Notes under the pieces: generated by a model | Told to the model about the DNA's origin: nothing | The model's database searches: none | Seen by the model: only the letters and a program-made list of their open reading frames with translations | Part shown: one piece after another, positions 47,358 through 55,927 of the stretch | Numbering within the stretch: position 1 is the stretch's first letter | Layout of the letters: each line of letters starts with the position of its first letter | Made by a program: the position numbers and the translations under genes | Source of the DNA: Planctomycetota bacterium | GTDB taxonomy: Bacteria > Planctomycetota > Brocadiia > JAADGH01 | Direction: 5' to 3' | DNA length: 64,000 bases | Assembly: GCA_040755855.1 (NCBI GenBank) | Contig: JBFMAD010000003.1 | Location: forward strand, 1 to 64,000

Positions 47358-48689
47358 ATGACTTTGGTGCAAGAAACAGTACAAGCCCATCGAGGCGTCT
47401 CGCAAAGTCTCGATGCGCTCGGTGTGTATCCAACTGCCCGGCGCCCACCAGCGGCACTTCAAGAAACTTTCTTCATGGGTGCTTTGTGGTTGTTTTACGT
47501 GTTTGTTTTGACATTCCGCCCGCAGGAACTGTGGTTGCCCCTGGGCGTCATGCGCCCGGCCATGATGAGCAAGATGGCCCTGTTGGGAGGGCTCGTTATT
47601 TCGGGCTTGCGATGGCGATACCGAATGCCGCAATTATATGCTCGTGTCGCTATGGCGGCGGCGGCGGCGCTGTCCGTGCCGTTTTCCTATTATCCGGTTC
47701 TCTCTCTGAGGCTGTTCTTTCAAGAGTTCCTGATGGCCGTCTTCTTTCTGGTGGGCATAAACAGTGTTCGTTCGCTGAAACTGGTTCGTCACTCCCTATG
47801 GATATGCCTGGCATCCTATACCGTATCCTGTGGTTGGGCCCTGGCCGCACAGGGAGATCGGGCGCGAATAGGAGGAATTGTCTCCGATATCGCCGGGTCC
47901 AGCGATCTCGGTATTGTGCTGACGATGACCGTCGGAATCGCCATGGGGTTGCTATCCCGTTGCCGAAAACACTCGGCCAAGTTGATTCTTTGCGGGGCGA
48001 TCGTCGTTTGCAGTTTTGGCGTGGTTCGGACGGGATCACGCGGCACTTTTCTGGGATTCATTGCGATGGTTGTCCTCTGGACCTTCCTCTCCAGACGGCT
48101 TTTCGCGCGGAGAGCGCTTGGCCTTATGGCCGCCACCGCCGTTGCCCTGGTGCTGCTCCTGCCGACGGGGCGGCTATCGAGGCAGGCGACCATCCTCGAC
48201 CGGGAGGGCCAGGAGGCGGGGCAATACAGACTCGACCTCATGACGGGCGCCGTTAAGATGTTCTGTGACTATCCGCTTACGGGGGTCGGGGTGGGTTGTT
48301 TTCCGAGGGCATTCTTTGATTATCGTCCGAAGAGCTATGAGAAAGCATCTCCCTGGGGAGCCGCGTGGATGCATTGCCACAACCTGTATTTTACCGTACT
48401 GGCGGAGATGGGCTTGCCCGGCATTGTGAGCATACTGGCATTGCACTTCTACACGCTTTGGGCCCTCTTTCGCATTGTGCGTTCGGGAGACAGGGCGGGA
48501 GTCCTCGGCGAACGAGAATGTTTGGCGCAGGCCCTGCTGCTCGCCCTTTTTGGCTCCTGCGCCGGTTCGCTGTTCGTGCCCGGACGCTCTGTGCCGTTTG
48601 ACATGCTATTGATCCTCTCCGTGACAGTGTGCTACAGTCGGCCTACGGAAGCGAGAAAAGCTCCTCGTCGGATGAGAAAACGTGATTAG
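47358..48689 (+). CDS. O-antigen ligase (Wzy_C) family protein
   Basis: TM-rich; TGSRG, R..L..MF.DYPLTGVGVG.F, HCHNLY..LAE.G. Confidence 0.85.
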   Translation: MTLVQETVQAHRGVSQSLDALGVYPTARRPPAALQETFFMGALWLFYVFVLTFRPQELWLPLGVMRPAMMSKMALLGGLVISGLRWRYRMPQLYARVAMAAAAALSVPFSYYPVLSLRLFFQEFLMAVFFLVGINSVRSLKLVRHSLWICLASYTVSCGWALAAQGDRARIGGIVSDIAGSSDLGIVLTMTVGIAMGLLSRCRKHSAKLILCGAIVVCSFGVVRTGSRGTFLGFIAMVVLWTFLSRRLFARRALGLMAATAVALVLLLPTGRLSRQATILDREGQEAGQYRLDLMTGAVKMFCDYPLTGVGVGCFPRAFFDYRPKSYEKASPWGAAWMHCHNLYFTVLAEMGLPGIVSILALHFYTLWALFRIVRSGDRAGVLGERECLAQALLLALFGSCAGSLFVPGRSVPFDMLLILSVTVCYSRPTEARKAPRRMRKRD

Positions 48690-48727
48690 CATGAAAAAGT
48701 TCCCGCCACTACAAAACTCTCCTTAAC

Positions 48728-49696
48728 TTACGCGCGGCGCGACTTGAAGTAGTCAATCACGGATTGTAGCGTTGCCTCGAAGGAGAACTCCGGCTCGTAG
48801 CCGACCGTCCTGCGTATCTTGCTTATGTCGGGGACCCTTCGGTGCATGTCCTCGAAACCCTCTTCGTAGGCCTCGTTGTATGGGATGAGATTGATCTCGG
48901 ATTTGCTCCCCGTCATCTCGATGACCTTCTTCGCCAGGTCGAGGATGGTGATTTCTTCGTCGCTGCCGAGGTTGAAGACCCCGCCTTCCGCTTCGGCGCA
49001 GTCGGCCAACATCGCGACGCCGCGCACAGCGTCACGTACGTGGCAGAAGCATCGGGATTGCCTGCCGTCGCCGTAAACGGTGATCGTCTTGTCGGCCAGC
49101 GCCTGTTGAACGAAGCGTGGGACGACCATCCCATAGCGCCCCGTCTGCCTGGGACCAACGACGTTGAAGAATCTGACGATGACAATCGGCAGGCCCTTTT
49201 CCTTGTGATAAGCGAGGGCGAGAAACTCGTCCACGGCCTTGGAGCAGGAGTAACTCCAGCGACTCCGCGTGGTGGGTCCGAGAAGCCGATCGTCTTCCTC
49301 CCGGAATGGCGTCTTCTCGCTCTTGCCGTAGATTTCGGATGTGGATGCGAGGACAACCTGTTTTCGATAGCGATTGGCCGCCCGCACCACGGTCTCAGAA
49401 CCGAGGATGTTTGTTTCGAGCACATGCACCGGTCGGCGCACAACCAACTCGACGCCGACGGCCGCGGCGAGGTGATAAACGGTATCGCATTCGCTGACGA
49501 GACGGTCCATGACCACTTCGTTTGTAATCGTCTCTATCGCGAAGTGAAAGTTTGGATTGCTTGTGAGGTGAGCAATGTTGTCCATGGATCCGGTTGACAG
49601 ATTATCAATGATCGTCACCGCCTGATTCTTCGACAGGAGAAGTTCGGCGAGATGGCTCCCGATGAATCCCGCGCCGCCGGTTATGAGTGCATGCAT
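48728..49696 (-). CDS. NAD-dependent nucleotide-sugar epimerase/dehydratase
   Basis: ITGGAGFIGSH, HLAAAVGV, ASTSE.YG, YSCSK, RFFN.VGPRQ. Confidence 0.93.
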   Translation of the reverse strand: MHALITGGAGFIGSHLAELLLSKNQAVTIIDNLSTGSMDNIAHLTSNPNFHFAIETITNEVVMDRLVSECDTVYHLAAAVGVELVVRRPVHVLETNILGSETVVRAANRYRKQVVLASTSEIYGKSEKTPFREEDDRLLGPTTRSRWSYSCSKAVDEFLALAYHKEKGLPIVIVRFFNVVGPRQTGRYGMVVPRFVQQALADKTITVYGDGRQSRCFCHVRDAVRGVAMLADCAEAEGGVFNLGSDEEITILDLAKKVIEMTGSKSEINLIPYNEAYEEGFEDMHRRVPDISKIRRTVGYEPEFSFEATLQSVIDYFKSRRA

Positions 49697-49714
49697 GAAG
49701 TATTCCTCCTGCGC

Positions 49715-50794
49715 CTATGGTTTCGGGGCCGGATCGGGGCGGCTTGTTGCTCCGCCGTCTTTCGTTCCCCGAACGACTCCGCGTCGGATGAGTTCGTCGG
49801 CCAGGGCCTTGGTGTATTCTGGGGCGTCCCGATAATCGAGGTGGACATCATCGGGACACGTGAATTGCCTCATGGCCGGCACATCCTCGAAGTGAATAGC
49901 AACCGCGCTCGTCGTATGCGCGAAGGCGTCCCAGTATTTTGATCGGGGATGTACCTCCTCCTCCATCTCGCGCGACTCTCCGCCGCTGACCATGCGAACG
50001 AGAACGACACGGCCGCCCCTCTGCTGGATGCGCTCAACGAGCTTTTCGAGCTCGGCGGTCCCTCTGGGCAGCATATCGAGGCTCACCGCCCAAGGCGGCT
50101 TGCCTTTGCCAAGCCGAAGACGGGCCTCGTGCGTTTCCCGCTTGATGGCCTCCACGTCTGTTTTCGTGTAGTCTGCGGCGCGCGAACGGTCGGGTCTGGT
50201 CAGGATGTAGTACGGCTTGGGCCACTTGCCCTTCAATATCTGCGGAAGGACCTTTTGGGGGGCGAGGCTGGGCTGGGCAATGACCAGATGCTGTTGGACA
50301 AACGTGGCCAGGATGCGCTCGATCTTTCGGGACAAGCTCCATACGGAGTGATAGTAATGGACATACTCTTGCGCTTCTCGGGTATTATATTCTGGCGAGA
50401 GCCATCGGGCCATCATCTCGCACAATGCAATTCCCCGAAACGTCTCGTCCTCGGCAAGGTCCCGAAGGACGGGCACAAACGAAGTGTCAACAATGGCAAG
50501 ATTTATCAGACGATAGCCGGGACACCTTTCAAGGAACGCCGCGTGGTCAAATCCGAGCTGGATGCGCGACGCACCCAACACGACGATGGTGTTTGTGTCT
50601 GCGCCGGATGCGGCCTCGCGGCACAGACACCAAAGGTCTTTGTCATCGGTCACGGAAGGCGTATAGCCATGAACTCGCCAGAGGATCTCCAGTGCGATCA
50701 GGAACGCACCGGCTACAGACGTCGCCAGCGCCCACATCTTCAGATACGGCCCCTCGGGGAGCCGGTCGTTAGAATTGGAAATAGATGAAGGCAC
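49715..50794 (-). CDS. Membrane-anchored SGNH-like (DltD/AlgJ-like) partner of the MBOAT
   Basis: Single TM, LGASR, NLA, D..HL; overlaps the 3' end of the MBOAT gene. Confidence 0.65.
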   Translation of the reverse strand: MPSSISNSNDRLPEGPYLKMWALATSVAGAFLIALEILWRVHGYTPSVTDDKDLWCLCREAASGADTNTIVVLGASRIQLGFDHAAFLERCPGYRLINLAIVDTSFVPVLRDLAEDETFRGIALCEMMARWLSPEYNTREAQEYVHYYHSVWSLSRKIERILATFVQQHLVIAQPSLAPQKVLPQILKGKWPKPYYILTRPDRSRAADYTKTDVEAIKRETHEARLRLGKGKPPWAVSLDMLPRGTAELEKLVERIQQRGGRVVLVRMVSGGESREMEEEVHPRSKYWDAFAHTTSAVAIHFEDVPAMRQFTCPDDVHLDYRDAPEYTKALADELIRRGVVRGTKDGGATSRPDPAPKP

Positions 50795-52193
50795 GATCCT
50801 CTCCAGACACGGTCATAATGGCAATCATTAAACCCGCCAAAATCAGCCCCTTGAGCCACCAGGGGCAGCGGTTGGCTATCTCCTCCAGGGATGAGTCGCG
50901 CATCACCCAGTGTATACCCAACATGGCGATAGTGATGCCGAGCACGGCGGCGATCCTTGCCCGGTCCAACACCCCCGGACCTTCGGTGGGCAGTACGTGC
51001 AACATGCTTCCCAACAAAGTGAATGCCTGGCCGAAACTGTGAGCCCTGAAAAAGACCCAGGCGACGCAGCATAGAAGGTACGTGACAAAGGCCAGGGCTA
51101 TCCTGACAGGAAGTTTGAGCCAGAAGTCGCTTTCCCGCACGATCGTCGTGACTACGTACTCCACAACCAGGAACATGCCATGCAGACCGCCCCAGAACAC
51201 GAACGTCCAGGATGCGCCATGCCACAAGCCGCCCAGAAGCATTGTCACCGTCAGGTTGCGCAGCGTCCGTATCGCGCCGTCGCGGCTCCCGCCAAGAGGG
51301 ATATACAGGTAGTCCCGGAGCCACGTGGACAATGAGATATGCCACCTGCGCCAGAAATCGGATAAACCGATGGAGGCGTACGGGAAGTGAAAGTTATCGG
51401 GCAGCGCAAACCCAAAACACAAGCCGACGCCGATTGCGCACGTCGAGTAGCCGGCAAAGTCGCAAAAGATCTGCGCGGCGAAGGACATCGTGCCGCACCA
51501 TGCGTCGGTGAAACAGGGGCGGAGCGTCTGGTCGTATACCCTTTCGGTTATGCGCGCCAGGATTCCGTCGGCAATGACGATCTTCTCGAAGAGCCCCAGG
51601 AGCATGAGGCTGAGTCCCCACGACATCTGTCGCGCGGAAGCCCTTTTCGGCTGCTCGCATTGGGGAAGGAACTGGGTCGCGCGAACAATGGGCCCTGCCA
51701 CCAGTTGCGGAAAAAAAGTCACATACAGGGCATAATCCAGGAATGAGTGCCACGGCTGCGCTTTGCCCCGGTAGATGTCAATCGTATAGGAGAGCGTCTG
51801 AAATGTGTAGAAGGAAATGCCCACAGGAAGTATGATGTCAGGCAGCACTGGCTGGAACCGGACGCCGAAAAAACCCAAAGCGGCGACGAAGCTCTCGTCC
51901 AGAAACTTTCCATATTTGAAAAAGCCCAGCAGACCGAAATTGGCCCCAAGACTCAGCAGGAGCCACGCCCTTCGAGCGGCTTGCCGCTGGCTCGCCCCTA
52001 TGCCTTTCCCGGCGAACCAATCCACAAGCGTCGAGATCCAGAGTATGACAACAAAGGGGGGCCTCCAGGCCGCGTAGAAGAGGTAGCTTGCAACGAGAAG
52101 ATTGAACTTCTTCACTCTCCATGAGAGAGGAAGATTGTGCAAGAATAAGACTACGATAAAGAAGATGATGAAGGTGATAGAGTTGAAAAGCAC
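50769..52193 (-). CDS. MBOAT O-acyltransferase (AlgI/DltB-like)
   Basis: MLFNS, LPVGISFYTFQ, FFPQLVAGPI.R, DFAGYS, FWRRWHISLS, GLWHGA, FIYFQF. Confidence 0.93.
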   Translation of the reverse strand: MLFNSITFIIFFIVVLFLHNLPLSWRVKKFNLLVASYLFYAAWRPPFVVILWISTLVDWFAGKGIGASQRQAARRAWLLLSLGANFGLLGFFKYGKFLDESFVAALGFFGVRFQPVLPDIILPVGISFYTFQTLSYTIDIYRGKAQPWHSFLDYALYVTFFPQLVAGPIVRATQFLPQCEQPKRASARQMSWGLSLMLLGLFEKIVIADGILARITERVYDQTLRPCFTDAWCGTMSFAAQIFCDFAGYSTCAIGVGLCFGFALPDNFHFPYASIGLSDFWRRWHISLSTWLRDYLYIPLGGSRDGAIRTLRNLTVTMLLGGLWHGASWTFVFWGGLHGMFLVVEYVVTTIVRESDFWLKLPVRIALAFVTYLLCCVAWVFFRAHSFGQAFTLLGSMLHVLPTEGPGVLDRARIAAVLGITIAMLGIHWVMRDSSLEEIANRCPWWLKGLILAGLMIAIMTVSGEDRAFIYFQF

Positions 52194-52388
52194 GCGAAGA
52201 TTATCTCATGCGAAAGACTGCTTTGGCGAACTCTCCGGGGCCGGAGGCTGGCCCCTATCTACTACTGATTCTACCAGTAAGAGAAAATGGTGTCAAGCGG
52301 GCACAAACCCAGGCGAGTCAATCTCTTTTCTTCTTGCCTTACACGGATCGTTTCGATACCGTCTTAAGGGATGAACAGGAGCCTGGTT

Positions 52389-54083
52389 ATGGAACATTTG
52401 ACCCAAAAACTGCGCGTCGGAATTCTCATGTGTTCCTTCGATATTCCTGCCTGGGCGCACGTGATGTTGGACAGGATAAAAAGGTCCGACTATGCACAGA
52501 TTGTGCTGGTCGTCCTCAACGACCGGCCTCCGGGGCAAACAAGACGACAGCGCGGGTCCGGAAGCCGATGGGACACATGGCTTTACAGACTTTACACCGC
52601 GTTTGACCGGGCGCGATACAAGCCGCAACCCGATGCACTTGAGATCAGAGACGCAGCTTGTCTACTGGCCGATGTGCCCACATTAAAGGTGGTTTCCCGA
52701 AAAACCACTCAGGGCGACGATTGGGAGGACGAAAACATCCGGAGGATGGAGGCATATGATATTGATGTTTTCATCCATCTCGGATCGCATATACCCGGCG
52801 GGCGAATCCTGCAGGTCCCGCGATATGGTGTGTGGTCCTATCACTATAGCGGCGACGTTGTGAATCGCCATGGCCCGCCTGGCTTCTGGGAGGTCTTCAA
52901 ATATCATCCCACTACGGAATCAATCCTGTATCTCCTGAGCGAAGGCTCGGACAACGGAACCGTGTTGTGCAGATCGTATTCGGCGACCAACCGCCTCTCT
53001 GTTGAGTTGAACCGCAACAATTGCCTCTGTAAGAGCCTGTCGTTCGCGCCGCGGAAACTGGCGGAATTGCATAGGATAGGGGGGGAACGGTTTTTCAGCA
53101 GGGCAAGGAAAGAAAACGGACGCATCGGCTCCTGCGCGAGCAACCTATGTGCCATGCCGAGGGACCGCGAGTTGTGGGCGCCCTTGCTCCGGTATGCGGT
53201 CTGGCGCGTCAAGACCAGATTTATCAGCGTGTTTCATTCCTGCCAGTGGATCCTCTTGTTTGGCCTGGGTGACGGTGTTTCGACTTGCTTCCGAATGTTC
53301 AAGAGGCTTGTCCCTCCACGGGATCGGTTCTGGGCAGATCCCTTTGTTGTTCAGAAGTCGGGTTTGTATTACGTCTTCATGGAGGAGTTCGACTACGCTA
53401 AGGAGAAGGGGCACATCTCGGTGCTCACGATTGATAAAAACGGGAATCATACGCAGCCGGTAAAGATTCTGGAGCGGCCCTACCATTTGTCGTATCCTTT
53501 TGTATTCGAGTGGGATGGCAGTATGTATATGATTCCCGAGTCGGCAGGGAACAGGACGCTCGATGTATATCGCTGCACAGAGTTCCCGCAAAAATGGGAG
53601 TTTCACAAGACACTGATGAAGGATGTCGCCGCCTTTGATGGGACGCTGTTGCAGCACCGTGGGAAGTGGTGGCTCTTCGTAAACATCCGAGAGAACGATG
53701 GCGCCTCGGGCTCTGATGAACTATTTTTATTCTATGCGGACAATCCCTTGGCGGATAGCTGGCGGCATCACCCGAAGAATCCGGTTGTCTCGGATGTCAG
53801 ACGATCGCGACCCGCGGGGAAAATTTTCGAGCGGAATGGAAGTCTCTATCGCCCCTCTCAGAACTGCTCCACGCGATATGGCTATGGCCTGAAGATCAAT
53901 CAGATTCTTGTGTTGAGCGAGACGGACTATCAGGAAAAGGAGGTTGACTCCATCGAGCCAAAGTGGGACAAGAACATCATCGGCGTCCACACATTCAATC
54001 AAGCCGGCCGACTGACAGTGATTGACGGGCTCTTGAAAAGACCAAAATTGCCGTGGGACAAGAGAGGACCTTACGTGTGGTAG
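52389..54083 (+). CDS. Formyltransferase-like N-domain fused to a GINT1-like five-bladed beta-propeller
   Basis: GVWSYH..GPPGFWEV; FWADPF, YHLSYPFVF..YMIPES, HPKNP..RPAG..RPSQ. Confidence 0.7.
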   Translation: MEHLTQKLRVGILMCSFDIPAWAHVMLDRIKRSDYAQIVLVVLNDRPPGQTRRQRGSGSRWDTWLYRLYTAFDRARYKPQPDALEIRDAACLLADVPTLKVVSRKTTQGDDWEDENIRRMEAYDIDVFIHLGSHIPGGRILQVPRYGVWSYHYSGDVVNRHGPPGFWEVFKYHPTTESILYLLSEGSDNGTVLCRSYSATNRLSVELNRNNCLCKSLSFAPRKLAELHRIGGERFFSRARKENGRIGSCASNLCAMPRDRELWAPLLRYAVWRVKTRFISVFHSCQWILLFGLGDGVSTCFRMFKRLVPPRDRFWADPFVVQKSGLYYVFMEEFDYAKEKGHISVLTIDKNGNHTQPVKILERPYHLSYPFVFEWDGSMYMIPESAGNRTLDVYRCTEFPQKWEFHKTLMKDVAAFDGTLLQHRGKWWLFVNIRENDGASGSDELFLFYADNPLADSWRHHPKNPVVSDVRRSRPAGKIFERNGSLYRPSQNCSTRYGYGLKINQILVLSETDYQEKEVDSIEPKWDKNIIGVHTFNQAGRLTVIDGLLKRPKLPWDKRGPYVW

Positions 54084-54105
54084 GGGCATCAAGATTGAGG
54101 GGCAA

Positions 54106-54864
54106 TCAGTCCGAATTGCACTTGTTGGCAATGAAACTGTTGCGCCAGGGACCTTCCTTCTGATACTCGGTGAACGTCCAGTCCGTCATCGTCGCTTTCC
54201 ACTCGTTGAACGCCCTCTGCTCTCCCCGGTTGGGATTTCCCCGGAAGCAATACCAGTCATCGAAAATGATGATCGTTCCATCAGTCAGCAGGGGCCTTAC
54301 GAAATCCAAAACCGTTCTTGCGGACGCATACAGATCGCAATCCACATAAATGATGGCAGCCTTCTCCATGGCATGTTTTCGTCTCGTTTCCTCTGTGCAT
54401 GTGTCTTTAAACCATCCGGCTACCGTCACCACCCTATCCAAAGGCACGTCTGCATTGACGAGGTTCTCCCGGAATCTGCTTTCTTCGCAGGCATATTTTC
54501 CCGGAACAAAGTTGCTTGTTTCGCTGTCAATCCTGTCCAATTCCGGCAGTCCCTGGAACGAGTCAAAGGCAAAGAACCGCATGTTTTCCCCAATGCGTCT
54601 TGTCTTTGCCGCATTCTCCTTTGTCTGCTGCGCGTAGAATTTTTCATGGTGTTTGAACACCGCCTTGATCACCTGATAGGAATTGATGAACGTGCCGCCG
54701 GCGCAGACGCCAAACTCCAGGTAATCGCCTTCAATTCCTTCGGATGCGACAAGCGTTGCGGCCTTGTGGATTATGCTGTTCCCGTAAGCAATGGAATTGA
54801 CATTGACGAATTTCGCGGCAAGCTTACGAATGGGATAGATGATACGCCTGAGAGTGTGCTTCAC
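54106..54864 (-). CDS. TylF/MycF/NovP-family O-methyltransferase
   Basis: GDYLEFGV, FDSFQGLP, GWFKDT, DCDLY.S, FDDW. Confidence 0.88.
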   Translation of the reverse strand: MKHTLRRIIYPIRKLAAKFVNVNSIAYGNSIIHKAATLVASEGIEGDYLEFGVCAGGTFINSYQVIKAVFKHHEKFYAQQTKENAAKTRRIGENMRFFAFDSFQGLPELDRIDSETSNFVPGKYACEESRFRENLVNADVPLDRVVTVAGWFKDTCTEETRRKHAMEKAAIIYVDCDLYASARTVLDFVRPLLTDGTIIIFDDWYCFRGNPNRGEQRAFNEWKATMTDWTFTEYQKEGPWRNSFIANKCNSD

Positions 54865-54911
54865 AGTGAAATGTTTCCCTTAAAACAAAAGCAAAGCGAA
54901 TGGGGCCAGAT

Positions 54912-55718
54912 TCATCCGCCCCTTGAGATTGGGGCCCGACCCATGAATCCTACTGCAAGCCTGGTGCCCTGGATTGGTTTTACTTCTATCTCTCTTGCCG
55001 TTTCATCAACCGCCCTGCTAACGTCTTCCATCATGCCATAGTCATGCCAGATCAGGATACCGTCCTCTTTCAGATGCTTCATCGCGTTCTGTGTATCCGT
55101 CTTGACATAATCATAGTAGTGACATCCATCAATTAACACCATGTCGAAAGGAACAGGCAATTTGCTCCAGTCCATCTTGGCCGAATCACAAAAGACCTGC
55201 GTTATCTTGTTCGCGTGGACGGTATTCCTGAACTGGGAACCGGTCTTGGTTCTGTCTGTTACATTCACCAGTGGATCGGGGACCGCAAGTCCGAGGTTGC
55301 CATCCCAATCGGGCGGCAGGTCCACCGTGGTAATTAAGGCGTCAGCCGGAGAATTTGCGGCAAGATTCAATGCCGTATTTCCATCGTATGTCCCGATTTC
55401 CAGGATGCGCTTCGGATTCGTGACGCGTACGATCGCGGAAAGCACAAGAATCTCCTGCAGATCAACCGAGGTCCCCAATTCTCGATCGTAGGCCCGGATC
55501 AACGTTACATCAACATCTTCAATCCCATCAAACAATTCGGTTACGGGAACTCTGTTAAGGTCGCCATATGTCCATCGGCTGATCCGGAAAACCTCCGGGT
55601 CCTTTGTTTCTACAGCAATATGGATATGGTGCGCATACCTCAGAAATCGCGCAATGGACGAGGGCTTCGTTATTGCCGTACGCATTTTTCGCAACACAAT
55701 GCGTATAGCATTCATCAT
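54912..55718 (-). CDS. Class I SAM-dependent methyltransferase (Methyltransf_24-like)
   Basis: ILEIGTYDG, FD..LIDG.H.Y..V..D, WHDY. Confidence 0.87.
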   Translation of the reverse strand: MMNAIRIVLRKMRTAITKPSSIARFLRYAHHIHIAVETKDPEVFRISRWTYGDLNRVPVTELFDGIEDVDVTLIRAYDRELGTSVDLQEILVLSAIVRVTNPKRILEIGTYDGNTALNLAANSPADALITTVDLPPDWDGNLGLAVPDPLVNVTDRTKTGSQFRNTVHANKITQVFCDSAKMDWSKLPVPFDMVLIDGCHYYDYVKTDTQNAMKHLKEDGILIWHDYGMMEDVSRAVDETAREIEVKPIQGTRLAVGFMGRAPISRGG

Positions 55719-55850
55719 GTGCGTCTCCAATGTCTGCGAACCGCGCAAGAGGTTTTCGATGCGACGATTTCACTCAGACAAATTATAGCATGGCCGAGCC
55801 GGAATTATCAAGGCAGCGTTATGGATGCGCCAGGAGTCTATCTTTGAGTG

Positions 55851-55879
55851 TTGATTTCGCGTTGCGCCCCCCGTATATT
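55851..55879 (+). promoter_or_regulatory. Putative sigma70 promoter
   Basis: TTGATT-17 bp-TATATT upstream of 55928. Confidence 0.45.
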
Positions 55880-55927
55880 GTTCGCAATGCGCCGTCACAG
55901 GAACACAACCATTAAGGAGACAAGGCC

